Assembly: GCF_000829315.1 (NCBI RefSeq)
Contig: NZ_AP013028.1
Coordinates: forward strand, 1,200,001 to 1,232,000
DNA length: 32,000 nt
Origin: Wolbachia endosymbiont of Cimex lectularius
GTDB lineage: Bacteria; Pseudomonadota; Alphaproteobacteria; Rickettsiales; Anaplasmataceae
Direction: 5' to 3'
Shown: positions 11,160 through 22,300 of the stretch, in pieces
Layout: each line of letters starts with the position of its first letter
Numbering within the stretch: the first letter of the stretch is position 1
Translations under genes and position numbers: made by a program
The notes under the pieces: generated by a model
What the model was told of the DNA's origin: nothing
Database searches by the model: none
What the model saw: the letters and a program-made list of their open reading frames with translations, nothing else

Positions 11160-13820
11160 ATGTCAGATTCTACGTTAGTTTTAACAGTTGTTCTTATATT
11201 CTTCATTTTTACATTGTCATTTCTTTTTATAAGAAAGACATTTGGGTCAACGAATAAGAAGATAATAAAGTCCTTCAGAAAAATTGCTCAACAGATTAAT
11301 GCGCTAGAGCCAGAAATGCAGAGCTTATCTGATGAGGAGCTTGCTGGCAAAACCGAGGAGTTCAAACGAGAGTTGAAAGATGGAAAAACGTTAAATGACC
11401 TTCTCGTACCTGCATTTGCGGTTGTACGCGAAGCATCGCGAAGATTTCTTGGTATGAGGCATTTCGACGTTCAGTTGATCGGTGGAATGGTGCTTCACAG
11501 TGGTATGATATCGGAGATGAAAACAGGAGAGGGAAAGACACTCGTTGCAACTTTAGCTGCATACCTAAATTCCTTAGAAGGCAAAGGTGTGCACGTTGTA
11601 ACTGTTAATGATTACCTTGCAAAACGAGACACAGAATGGATGAGCAAATTATATAATTCTCTCGGGGTCTCTGTTGCATTTATCACGAATAGTTTGACAG
11701 ATGAAGAAAGAAAAGAGGCTTATAGTGCAGATATCGTATATTCAACAAACAACGAGCTTGCCTTTGATTACTTGCGGGACAATATGAAATTTTCTCAAGG
11801 GGATATGGTGCAAAGAGGTTTCAATTATGCGATAGTAGACGAAGTAGACTCCATACTCATTGACGAAGCGCGTACTCCACTTATTATTTCCGGTCCAGTT
11901 GAGGAAAACAATCAGATATATAAGCACATAGACAAAATAGTAACCAAGTTGGTTGATTCTGATTATGAGGTAGATGAAAAGGGTAGGGCAGTATTCCTTA
12001 CTGGAGATGGCATTTCGCGAGTGGAGGAATTACTCAGATCATATAATCTCATTCCTGAAAATTCCTCGCTTTATGATACTGGCAACATGGTAATGACTCA
12101 CTATATAGATCAAGCACTGCGTGCACATAAACTGTTTACTGCTGATAAAGATTATATAGTAAAGGATGGCAAGGTAGTGATTATCGATGAGTTTACTGGG
12201 CGTATGATGGAGGGCAGGAGATATTCCGATGGTCTTCACCAGGCACTTGAAGCAAAGGAGAATCTTGAAATTCAGCATGAAAACCAAACTTTGGCGTCGG
12301 TCACATTTCAGAATTACTTTCGTATGTACAACAAACTTTCTGGTATGACGGGAACAGCAGCAACAGAGGCAGAGGAGTTTCGCGATATATATAAGCTGAA
12401 TGTAGTGAAAATTCCAACTAACGTGTCTGTAAAGAGAATAGATGTTGATGATGAAATTTATGGCACAGAAAAAGAAAAATTTAATGCTGTGTTGAAGTTT
12501 ATAGAAGAATGCCACAAGCGCCTTCAACCGGTCCTTGTTGGCACGGTTAGTATTGAAAACTCTGAAAAACTTTCTGCGCTTTTGCGGAGCCATTCTCTCA
12601 AGCACTCAGTGCTAAACGCTCGTTATCACGAACAAGAGGCGTATATAATAGCGCAAGCTGGAGTGCCAGGCGGCATTACTATAGCAACTAACATGGCAGG
12701 ACGTGGAACTGATATTCAGCTTGGTGGCAATGCTGAAATGATAGCAAAAGTGGAGCTAAATAAGATAAAAAATGCTAATGAAAGAGAAAAAAAATACCAA
12801 GAAATAGTCGAGAGAGTAAAAAAAGATAAGGAAATTGCTATAAAAGCTGGCGGTTTATGTGTGGTTGGAACCGAAAGACATGAAAGCAGGAGAATAGATG
12901 ATCAATTGCGTGGCCGCTCTGGGCGCCAGGGTGATCCTGGACTTTCTAAGTTCTTTTTGTCGCTTGAAGATGATTTAATGAGAATATTTGGCTCCGATAG
13001 AATGAGAAGTTTTTTGCAAAGGGTGGGGCTAAAGAACAACGAAGCTATTCATCATCCATGGATCAATAAGGCACTTGAGAAGGCACAGAAGAAAGTTGAA
13101 GCTCGAAACTATGACGTGCGGAAATCTCTGCTTAAGTTTGATGACGTAATCAACAACCAACGCAGAGTTATTTTTAAGCAGAGAAATCATATTTTAGGCA
13201 ATGAAATCAATGATTTGTTTGAAGTGTATAGTGAAGTAAATGAGAGTGTAATAGAAAGCATAGTGCAAAATGGTTATTACGAAGATTACATCGAAGATAT
13301 TGCCAAAGAATTCCATATAAGATATGGAATAACACTTGATAAAGAAGACTTAGCGAAGTTTTTAAACAAACAAGAAGCTTTGGATTACATAAACAATAAA
13401 GTGCAAGAATTCTTCGCCGAAAAGGAAAAATATTTCAATAGTCAGCAAACCACAGATTTGTGGAATACGGTAGTGAGGCAAGTGATGATTATGACGCTTG
13501 ATCATTTATGGAGGGAACACCTCTCAATTCTGGAGAGCCTAAGACAAAGCATAAATTTGCGTGCTATGGGGCAGAAGGACCCACTGAATGAATTTAAACG
13601 CGAAGCTTTTTTGATGTTTGAGTCGATGCTTGAAAAGTGGAAAGAGCTTACAGTTCATCGCCTAGCACACTTTAAGCTAGCAGATAACCAAGAAATAGGT
13701 AATAGGTTGCACCCTACTAAAAAGGATAGTTTCCCCAAAGTCTCAAGAAATGACAAATGCCCTTGTAACTCTGGAAAGAAATACAAACACTGCCACGGTG
13801 CGGTTACTGTGGTGAATTAG
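11160..13820 (+). CDS. secA: Preprotein translocase subunit SecA
   Basis: 886 aa; Walker [60 protein letters not shown]-terminal SEC-C zinc motif [14 protein letters not shown]. Confidence 0.98.
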   Translation: MSDSTLVLTVVLIFFIFTLSFLFIRKTFGSTNKKIIKSFRKIAQQINALEPEMQSLSDEELAGKTEEFKRELKDGKTLNDLLVPAFAVVREASRRFLGMRHFDVQLIGGMVLHSGMISEMKTGEGKTLVATLAAYLNSLEGKGVHVVTVNDYLAKRDTEWMSKLYNSLGVSVAFITNSLTDEERKEAYSADIVYSTNNELAFDYLRDNMKFSQGDMVQRGFNYAIVDEVDSILIDEARTPLIISGPVEENNQIYKHIDKIVTKLVDSDYEVDEKGRAVFLTGDGISRVEELLRSYNLIPENSSLYDTGNMVMTHYIDQALRAHKLFTADKDYIVKDGKVVIIDEFTGRMMEGRRYSDGLHQALEAKENLEIQHENQTLASVTFQNYFRMYNKLSGMTGTAATEAEEFRDIYKLNVVKIPTNVSVKRIDVDDEIYGTEKEKFNAVLKFIEECHKRLQPVLVGTVSIENSEKLSALLRSHSLKHSVLNARYHEQEAYIIAQAGVPGGITIATNMAGRGTDIQLGGNAEMIAKVELNKIKNANEREKKYQEIVERVKKDKEIAIKAGGLCVVGTERHESRRIDDQLRGRSGRQGDPGLSKFFLSLEDDLMRIFGSDRMRSFLQRVGLKNNEAIHHPWINKALEKAQKKVEARNYDVRKSLLKFDDVINNQRRVIFKQRNHILGNEINDLFEVYSEVNESVIESIVQNGYYEDYIEDIAKEFHIRYGITLDKEDLAKFLNKQEALDYINNKVQEFFAEKEKYFNSQQTTDLWNTVVRQVMIMTLDHLWREHLSILESLRQSINLRAMGQKDPLNEFKREAFLMFESMLEKWKELTVHRLAHFKLADNQEIGNRLHPTKKDSFPKVSRNDKCPCNSGKKYKHCHGAVTVVN

Positions 13821-14391
13821 TAGCTGAGGTCCGTGTGTGCTCATCTACATTGACCTCACTTAACTCGCTATCCGGTAAACGTTCTGGTTTTATTTGTTGA
13901 GGAGGCCTAGATTCTTCTTCTGGTGGTTTTGTTTGTTTATTAGATATATACTTTTTCACTACTCCGGCAAGCTTAATTGCAATACCTATTCCAATTGCAG
14001 CTACAATTGGAAATAATAGTGCTATAACTCCTATAGATAACAAAGAATTTGCTGTAGTTGATAAAGACAATAAAGAATCTACCTTGGTTATTGGAGTAAC
14101 GCCATATGCAACAAGACCAATTCCAGTTATAACGCTCCCAGTAAATAAGTCACCTAGATACATAATTGCTTTTAGTGAATCACTCATATTACGATTATGT
14201 GGACCTGCAGATGGAGGAGTTGTGATGAGAGCTGCAATTAATGGTACTACAGAGATGCCGCCAACGATTCCACCTATTATCAGAGGTGAAAGACTGGTCA
14301 AAGTACTGAGTACAAGACCTATTAAAATGCTCACTATAGCCCCTATTATTGCCGCTATCCCCACCATCATTAAATAATTTAAACCAAACAC
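13804..14391 (-). CDS. Hypothetical multi-pass membrane protein; tail overlaps secA 3' end antiparallel by 17 bp
   Basis: 195-aa ORF with several hydrophobic segments and a hydrophilic Pro-rich C-terminus ([20 protein letters not shown]). Confidence 0.6.
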   Translation of the reverse strand: MFGLNYLMMVGIAAIIGAIVSILIGLVLSTLTSLSPLIIGGIVGGISVVPLIAALITTPPSAGPHNRNMSDSLKAIMYLGDLFTGSVITGIGLVAYGVTPITKVDSLLSLSTTANSLLSIGVIALLFPIVAAIGIGIAIKLAGVVKKYISNKQTKPPEEESRPPQQIKPERLPDSELSEVNVDEHTRTSATNSPQ

Positions 14392-14644
14392 TTTGCTCCT
14401 TTTTATACTTACAATTTTTTTTAGGTTTATCTTGTATTCTAAAATTTATATAAGTATTTTATATGCTATAAATAGCATGTCAATTAATTTATTTTACAGG
14501 ACTGGCTGTTCTCAGCTTAGACTTTGTTTCACGCTAGATATCAGGCCCTAAAAAGCCTATTGTGGAGTTATACCTATCTAGAAACTATTACTCCAAGAAA
14601 AAATAAAGCCTATAGTGCGGTTACTGTGGTAAGAGCGTTATGGA

Positions 14645-15801
14645 TTAACAGTTGTCTTGTTTACCCGCAGTATCATAGCTAACCCCACTTAACGTGCTAT
14701 TTAACGAGTGCTCTGATGACTTGTACGCGACCCCATAGGAAATTCCACCAACTATCAGTGCAGATGCTACAGTAATTCCAATTATTGCTAGCGCAGGTAA
14801 TGTAGTGGCATAAACGAGTGCTAATGGAGCTACAATGGCAGCTAATATACCCATAGTAATTCCTGCTGTTATAGCTTTAGGCCTGTAAATAAATGATGGA
14901 TCTGCACCATAATTTAGTAGAAGTTTTGCTACTTTTGGATTTTTGTAATTTAGCCTTGGGTGTTCACCATGGTGTAATAAACAGCATAATATAAAGGAGT
15001 CCTTCCGTCTTTATCTTGTACATTAACGTCCGCACCTTTTTTTAATAGAGCCTCTGCTATTTGTGTATACTCATTCTCAGCAGCATAATGCAAAGAGGTT
15101 TTTCCTTCTTTATCTTGTAAATTAACCTTTGCTTTTTCTTGTAACAGGATTGCTACTACTTGTATATGTTCTCCTTTCCTACCAGTAGCACGATGTAAAG
15201 GAGTTTTTCCATTTTTATCTTGTAAATCAACATCAGCATTCCCTTCTTTTAATAGGGTTTCTACTGTTTGCACATGTCCACGCTCAGCAGCATAATGCAA
15301 AGGAGTCTGTCCATATTGATTTGGTACGTTAGTAGCTCCTTTTTTTAACAGAAGTTTCACCATTTCTATTTTATTTCCAAGCTCAACAGCATAATCTAAA
15401 GGGGTAAGTTTATATTGATCATGCATGTTAACGTCTGCTTTTGCTGCAAGTAAGATTTCCGCTACTTGTACATGCCCGCGCTCGGCAGCACAATGCAAAG
15501 GAAAGCCATCATTCACATCAATGCCACTTTCTATCAGAGCCTTTGCTAACTTTGCACAATTAAGTTTAGCTGCTAATTGTAGTAAACTACCATATGGAAA
15601 TTTCTTTAAATCAAAATTGTCTTCTTTCCACTGTTTAAAACATTCTTCTAAATCTTTCTTGGTTTGCTCATCTAAATTTTCTTCTTTGAGCTTAGTATCT
15701 ATTTCAGTTCTTATTTTATTAGCTACATTTTCCTTATTTAGATCTGAGCTATAACTGACTGCTAATAGTATTCTATCTAATTCCTGCATTTTTTCCTCCA
15801 A
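14645..15801 (-). pseudogene. Ankyrin-repeat protein with C-terminal membrane domain, interrupted by a frameshift near 14965-14975
   Basis: ORF 14950-15801 carries about 5 ankyrin repeats (NGKTPLHRATGRKGEHIQVVAILLQEKAKVNLQDKEGKTSLHYA...). The other frame continues HHGEHPRLNYKNPKVAKLLLNYGADPSFIYRPKAITAG into ORF 14645-14854 (MGILAAIVAPLALVYATTLPALAIIG...). Confidence 0.8.
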
Positions 15802-15877
15802 GCTATAAAACTTTATTATGGCATATTATAAACCCAATGTCAAGTTTCGGATAATGCAGGTAACGCAAAGAGACTAA

Positions 15878-16873
15878 TTAGCGCTCTTTGTCATCAGTAT
15901 CATTTTCAGCGAAAGCTTCTTCCCATGTGCCTTGAGTTGCTGCGCGGCTATATTCTGTTACTCTATTTTCAAAGAAATTCGTGTGCTCCACACCATTTAG
16001 TATTTCGTCAAGCCACGGAAGGGGATTATCATTAATATCATATATGGGTTTCAGGCCTAATTGCGTTAACCGTCTGTTTGCTATGTAACGTATATAATTG
16101 CGCACTTCTTCTGCAGATAGTCCTTCAACGTCTCCTAAATCAAAAGCAAGCTTTATAAATTCGTCTTCAAGCCCAACGATAGTGCGACATGCAGAATATA
16201 ATTCCTCTTTGAACTCGTCATTCCAAATTTCATTATTCTCTTTAATAAACGTGTTGAATAAATTGATAATCGAGTTGGTGTGCAAGGTTTCATCACGTGC
16301 TGACCAAGCAATTATTTGCCCCATGCCTTTCATTTTTCCAAAACGTTGAAAATTGAGCAAAATTGCAAATGATGCAAATAACTGCAGTCCTTCAGTGAAT
16401 GCACCAAATACTGCTAGAGTTTTAGCTACATGTTTTTTATCGTGTTTTTTACTTTCCTCGAATTCTAACATGTATTCATACTTTTTCCTCATAGCATCAT
16501 ATTTTAGAAATGCTTGATACTCACTTTCTGGCATGCCAATTGTATCTAGAAGGTATGAGTAGGCTGCAATGTGTATGGTTTCCATGTTAGAAAAGCTGGC
16601 AAGCATCATGCATATTTCTGTTGGCTTAAATATATTTGAATAATGCCTCATATAGCAGTTATTTACTTCAATGTCTGCTTGAGTGAAGAACCTAAAAATC
16701 TGAGTTAGTAGATTTTTCTCCACATTCGAAAGTTTAGTTTTCCAATCTTTTACATCGTCAGCAAGCGGAACTTCTTCCGGTATCCAATGTATCCTTTGTT
16801 GCTGTAGCCATGCATCATATGCCCAAGGGTAGTTGAAGGGTTTATATATTGGATCTGCTTTTAATAATGACAT
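15878..16873 (-). CDS. nrdB: Ribonucleoside-diphosphate reductase, beta subunit
   Basis: 331 aa; class I RNR small-subunit features: WIPEEVPLADDVKDW, ADIEVNNCY, SFSNMETIHIAAYSYL, AWSARDETLHTN, YIANRRLTQLGL. Confidence 0.95.
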   Translation of the reverse strand: MSLLKADPIYKPFNYPWAYDAWLQQQRIHWIPEEVPLADDVKDWKTKLSNVEKNLLTQIFRFFTQADIEVNNCYMRHYSNIFKPTEICMMLASFSNMETIHIAAYSYLLDTIGMPESEYQAFLKYDAMRKKYEYMLEFEESKKHDKKHVAKTLAVFGAFTEGLQLFASFAILLNFQRFGKMKGMGQIIAWSARDETLHTNSIINLFNTFIKENNEIWNDEFKEELYSACRTIVGLEDEFIKLAFDLGDVEGLSAEEVRNYIRYIANRRLTQLGLKPIYDINDNPLPWLDEILNGVEHTNFFENRVTEYSRAATQGTWEEAFAENDTDDKER

Positions 16874-17006
16874 AGAGCACCTAATTGTTTTCTGAAGTAA
16901 ATATTATATTAAGCGATATCAAAAATCAGTCAATTTAACTTTTGCAAAATTTGACTGCAGGTAGTTTATTAGTGTATTGTAATTTTACAACGATTTATCA
17001 ATAAAA

Positions 17007-17345
17007 ATGCGAGCATTAATGTTTCTTGTTTTACTACTTCTAGTAAGCTGTACACACACTATTCACAATCACGGAGCTCCAGGCATTAGCGTTGAATTGT
17101 GGGACAAGATAAAAGTAGGTGATAACAAAGAAAAAGTGGTTCACACTTTAGGGTCGCCAACATTAGTATCTAAATTTGATAAAAATGTTTGGTATTATAT
17201 CTCATATAAAATTAAACAATCTAATTTCTTAGGAAAAAGGAAGTATAGCAGCAAGTCTTTGCAAATCTCGTTCGATCAGGATGATAGAGTTACAGATATA
17301 AAAGAAATTAACGTTGCGGAGAGATCTTTAGCTGTTATTGATTGA
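17007..17345 (+). CDS. bamE: SmpA/OmlA-type outer membrane assembly lipoprotein (BamE-like)
   Basis: Lipobox-like LLLLVSC; IKVGDNKEKVVHTLGSPTLVSKFDKNVWYYIS resembles the BamE G-x-LGSP...WYY core. Confidence 0.75.
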   Translation: MRALMFLVLLLLVSCTHTIHNHGAPGISVELWDKIKVGDNKEKVVHTLGSPTLVSKFDKNVWYYISYKIKQSNFLGKRKYSSKSLQISFDQDDRVTDIKEINVAERSLAVID

Positions 17346-17364
17346 AAATCCGCTGAACAGATAC

Positions 17365-17436
17365 AATCCAGGATACTACTTTAGTAATAAATATTTAAGA
17401 AATTTACCAAGCGAGAAAAAAAGCAAAAGAAGCCCC
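17365..17436 (+). repeat. Dispersed repeat R1, copy a
   Basis: aatccaggatactactttagtaataaatatttaagaaatttaccaagcgagaaaaaaagcaaaagaagcccc; near-identical to 30956-31025. Confidence 0.85.
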
Positions 17437-17640
17437 ATGGCGGCTAATTATTTACTTTTGTGTCGAAATATCGGCGTTTTTTTTATTCTAAACGCTTGAT
17501 GAATGCGACTTAGCTGCTTTTTAATGTAACTAACCTTAGCTGCAAACGTTTAAAAAATTTACTAAACAGAAAAAACAGCAAAAGAAACCCCGGTAGCTAG
17601 TTATTTACTATCTATCCTATAATATTGGCGTTTTTTTATG
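17401..17640 (+). repeat. Two diverged tandem-like direct units (about 17401-17485 and 17554-17640)
   Basis: Both read aaatttac[c/t]aa..aaaaa..agcaaaagaa[g/a]cccc..g..gct.a..tatttac...tattggcgttttttta; partial third and fourth relatives near 31000-31060 and 31180-31255. Confidence 0.65.
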
Positions 17641-17730
17641 TTTTAAACGACTTATAAGCGCATTTGAGCTTGTATAGGTAAAAAACCAGAAGTTTTAAAA
17701 AGACGTGAGGTGCACATAGTGCAAAAAATT
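17641..17730 (-). repeat. Dispersed intergenic repeat, inverted partner of 6911-6998
   Basis: Reverse complement aattttttgcactatgtgcacctcacgtctttttaaaacttctggttttttacctatacaagctcaaatgcgcttataagtcgtttaaaa. Confidence 0.8.
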
Positions 17731-17935
17731 AAACATGGTACGCCAGATATACTAAGTTTTTTTGTCGTTTAATCTGCACAGACTGAAGATAAATAATAGC
17801 TTCAACCTTATGATAATGGGTTTGGAGGAACTTGTCAAGTAGTTTTTTTGTTTCTGTCAGCTACCTAGATAACGGCTAGGATTGTATAATAGTTGTACTG
17901 GAATCCAGTTTTTCGTATAATTTTATTAAAAAAGT

Positions 17936-19270
17936 ATGAAAGGCTTATATATCAAGACTTACGGCTGTCAGATGAACGTTTATGACTCCGTTTTAATGGA
18001 AAATATAGTTAAACCGCTGGGGTTTAATGTTGTTGGCGACGCGGAAAAAGCCGATTTGGTGATATTGAATACCTGCCACATTAGAGAAAAAGCAGCAGAA
18101 AAGCTTTATTCAGAGCTTGGGAAGATCCATTCGTCACGAAAAAATAAGGAAATTACTATAGTGGTAGCCGGATGTGTAGCACAAGCAGAAGGCGAGGAAG
18201 TGTTCAGAAGAGCTCCATTTGTGGACATCGTTGTTGGTCCACAGAGTATCGCTACTCTGCCGGAGCTGATAGTTAAAGCAAACAGAAGTAAAGGTCATGT
18301 GATAAATACCGATTTTCCTGAGGTTGCAAAGTTTGATAAATTACCAGATGAGTGTTACGGCAATAGCCAAGGGTCTTCTGCGTTTCTCTCCATACAAGAG
18401 GGTTGTGATAAGTTTTGTACATTTTGTGTAGTGCCCTACACCCGCGGGGCTGAATATTCACGGCCAGTAAATGAAATATTCCGTGAAGCGCTGAAATTAG
18501 TTGCAAATGGAGCAAAGGAAATCAATTTGCTTGGTCAAAACGTCAATGCTTACCACGGGGAATGCGAAGGAAAAATATGGGATTTAGGAAAATTAATTGG
18601 TCATATCGCTAAAATTGAAAAGCTAGAAAGAATCCGCTATACGACCTCTCATCCGCGAGATATGCATGGATCTCTCTACTTGGCGCATGCGGAAGAGCCG
18701 AAACTCATGCCATTTATTCACCTACCTGTGCAGTCAGGTTCGAATGAAATATTACGCGTGATGAACAGAAAACACACTGCGGAGGAGTATTTGGAGATAG
18801 TAGATAGATTGCGCAAATTGAAACCTGAAATCGAATTTTCTGCTGATTTTATCGTTGGTTTTCCTGGCGAAACCGAAAAAGACTTTGAGGAAACTATGAA
18901 GCTAGTGGAAAAAGTAAAGTACGCTCAGGCTTATAGTTTTAAATATAGCCCAAGGCCGGGGACGCCAGGGGCAGAAAGGAAGGATCAAGTACCAGAAGAA
19001 GTTAAAACAGAGCGCCTTCTTCGTTTACAGAAGCTAATTAGTGCACAACAACTCGAATTTAATCAGAGTGTGGTAGGCAAGATTATTCCTGTTCTGTTTG
19101 GCGATAAAAAAGGCAAACATCAAAACCAAATTATTGGTAAAAGCCTATATATGCAATCAGTTTGCATTGATGATCCTGAGGATAAATATAGAGACAAGAT
19201 AGTAAATGTGAAGATATTGGAAGCTCGGCAGAATAGTTTGCTAGGGACAGGAATGCTTTTGAATTTGTGA
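17936..19270 (+). CDS. miaB: tRNA-2-methylthio-N6-dimethylallyladenosine synthase
   Basis: Start [12 protein letters not shown]; radical-SAM motif [16 protein letters not shown]; TSHPRDM; [23 protein letters not shown]; C-terminal TRAM region. Confidence 0.97.
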   Translation: MKGLYIKTYGCQMNVYDSVLMENIVKPLGFNVVGDAEKADLVILNTCHIREKAAEKLYSELGKIHSSRKNKEITIVVAGCVAQAEGEEVFRRAPFVDIVVGPQSIATLPELIVKANRSKGHVINTDFPEVAKFDKLPDECYGNSQGSSAFLSIQEGCDKFCTFCVVPYTRGAEYSRPVNEIFREALKLVANGAKEINLLGQNVNAYHGECEGKIWDLGKLIGHIAKIEKLERIRYTTSHPRDMHGSLYLAHAEEPKLMPFIHLPVQSGSNEILRVMNRKHTAEEYLEIVDRLRKLKPEIEFSADFIVGFPGETEKDFEETMKLVEKVKYAQAYSFKYSPRPGTPGAERKDQVPEEVKTERLLRLQKLISAQQLEFNQSVVGKIIPVLFGDKKGKHQNQIIGKSLYMQSVCIDDPEDKYRDKIVNVKILEARQNSLLGTGMLLNL

Positions 19271-19312
19271 TTTTCTAGAAAGTCATATATTCTCTAAATT
19301 TATCAAGTTAGA

Positions 19313-22300
19313 ATGAATATGAAGTCAAAGCATTATCCTGATACAACGAGTAGTTCTGATTTTTCGTCGTTAGAAAAGGAAATCATAAAATTTTGGCAGG
19401 AAAGCAAAATTTTTGAGCGGTCAGTTGAGGAACGTTCCAAGGACAATTGTTTTGTCTTTTACGATGGACCTCCATTTGCAAATGGACTGCCACATTATGG
19501 GCATTTACTCACTGGTTTCATCAAAGACGCATTTGCAAGATATCAAACCATACTACAAAAAAGAGTTGAACGTAGATTTGGTTGGGATTGCCATGGACTG
19601 CCGGCTGAGATGGGTGCGGAAAAGGAACTTGGAATATCCGGCAGAACTGAGATAGAAAAATTCGGTATTGAAAAGTTCAATAACCATTGTCGTACTTCTG
19701 TGATGAAATTTTCATCAGAATGGGAAAAGTATGTAAATAGGCAGGCAAGGTGGGTAGATTTTCATAATGACTACAAAACCATGGATAAGTCATTCATGGA
19801 GTCAGTTATGTGGGCATTTAAGCAGCTTTATAATAAGGGTCTAGTGTATGAATCGGTGCGCGTTGTTCCCTATAGCTGGGCATGTGAAACTCCATTGTCC
19901 AATTTTGAAACAAGGCTTGATAATGCATATAAAGAAAAGACTAGCAAAGCTGTAACTGTTGCATTTGAGCTTTTAGAAAACCCGCAGCAGTTTAAACAAA
20001 AATGTAAGTTACTCGCTTGGACTACAACTCCTTGGACGTTGCCAAGCAACTTGGCACTGGCAATAGGGAAAGACATTGAGTATTGTGCAGTGTCAGTTCA
20101 CTCCTTGGTGTCATTCCAGTGCGTGACGCTGGAATCTAGAGAGAAAGAAACCTGGATCCCAGTGTCAAGCACTGGGATGACAGAGAAGAGCGCTAAAATA
20201 ACATCAGACCAACCTAATGAAATCTACATCTTCGCTGAAAGCTACCTGGAGAAGTTTATCAGCCACCTCGAACAAAACAATATTCCATATGAAAAATGCA
20301 ATATAAAACTCAAAGCAGATGATCTTGTAGGTCTTTCTTATAAGCCACTGTTTGATTACTTTAAAGATACAAAAAATGCTTTCCGCGTTTTCATAGCAGA
20401 TTATGTCACAGCAGAAGATGGTACTGGAGTTGTGCACACTGCTCCTGGATTTGGTGAAGAAGATTTTTATCTTTGCCAAAGCCATAATATTCCAGCCATT
20501 TGTCCAATTGATAACGGTGGAAAGTTTACTGCTGAAGTTTCAGATTTAGCTGGAGTTCATGTTTTTGATACTAACGATACAGTAATAAAGAAGCTGAAAG
20601 AACAAGGAAATTGGTTCAAAACTGAGCAATATATTCACAATTATCCACACTGCTGGAGAACTGATACTCCTTTAATCTATCGCACTATGCCTTCTTGGTA
20701 TGTTACTGTGACAAAATTCAAAAGCAGAATGGTAGAGCTAAATAAGAAAGTTAATTGGATTCCAAGTCATATAAGAGATGGTCAGTTTGGAAAATGGCTC
20801 GAAGGAGCACATGATTGGTCAATTTCACGTAATCGATTCTGGGGTACACCGATTCCCGTATGGAAGTCAGACGATGCAAGATATCCAAGGGTAGATGTGT
20901 ATGGTTCGATAGCGGAACTAGAGCGAGATTTTAATGTTAAAGTGGATGATTTGCACAGACCATTTATTGACACTTTAACAAGGCCAAATCCTGATGACCC
21001 AACAGGAAAATCAGTTATGCGTCGTGTGCCTGACGTATTTGACTGCTGGTTTGAATCTGGCTCAATGCCATTTGCACAAGTCCACTATCCGTTTGAAAAT
21101 AAAGAATGGTTTGAGAGTAATTTCCCGGCGGATTTTATCACCGAATATATAGCGCAAACTAGGGGATGGTTCTATACGCTTTTTGTGCTTTCGACTGCTT
21201 TATTTGACAGTGAACCATTTAAGAACTGCATATGCCACGGTGTTGTTCTCGATGTGAAAGGGCAGAAATTATCCAAGCGTTTGAATAATTATGCGGACCC
21301 AATGGAAGTGTTTGATAAATACGGTTCTGATGCACTACGTTTTCTTATGCTTTCTGGATCTATTGTTTGTGGTGGTAATTTGCTACTTGATAAAGAAGGA
21401 AACTCAATACGAGATGTTCTGAGAAACGTAATAAAGCCTATTTGGAACAGTTATCACTTTTTTACCATGTATGCAAATGCAGATGGAATTAAAGCTGAAG
21501 TTTGTAAGGATTACCAAAGCACTATTGATCGTTACATGATCTCCAAATGTTTTGAAGCTGTAGAAGGTATCCAAGCTTCTATGAACAACTACAATTCCCA
21601 AGAGGCTTGCAAAATTCTGATAGATTTTTTTGAAGTGTTAAATAATTGGTATATTCGTCGCAGTCGTGAGCGTTTTTGGAAAAGTGATTTAGATCAGGAT
21701 AAGACTGACGCTTATAATGTTCTATATAAGGTTTTTTATTACATACTTCGGGCTGCAGCTCCTTTATTGCCGCTTACAACGGAAACTATATGGCAGGGGC
21801 TCAAATATCAAGAAACATCTGTTCATTTGGCTGATTTTCCACAATTAGAAAAGTTTAATAGCGAGCTCATTGCTAAGATGGATTTAGTGAGAGAGATATG
21901 CAACTCTGCACTCTCTATTAGAAACACCTTTAATATACGTATCAGACAGCCACTTGGCAGTATGATCATTTATCACAAGTCTTCCTGTAGTTTTCTTGAA
22001 GGTGAACCGCTTTCTGTTATCCCAGAGTTCTCTCCTATCATCCCAGGGTTCCCCCCTGTCATCCCAGTGCGTGACACTGGGATCCAGTGTGCTGCAGACT
22101 CAAATGAATACCAAGAGATGATAAAAGATGAGGTGAATGTAAAAAGCTTGGAATTAGTAAATAGACTTGAAGGTATTGCATCACTAGAGTTAAAACTAAA
22201 TTTCCCACTACTTGGAAAGAAGGTTCCAGACAAAATCAAGAAACTAGTTCAATATGTCAAGGAGGAAAAATGGAGACAAGTTGGAAATGAGCGGATATTT

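Noticed and set aside
11362-12605. Minus-strand ORFs inside secA, including the 188-aa ORF 12039-12605
   Set aside because: Entirely antisense to conserved SecA motifs; translation is Phe/Cys/His-rich shadow sequence.
14084-14377. Plus-strand ORF 14084-14377
   Set aside because: Antisense to the membrane-protein ORF; neither start signals nor domains support it.
15425-15754. Plus-strand ORF 15425-15754
   Set aside because: Antisense to well-formed ankyrin repeats.
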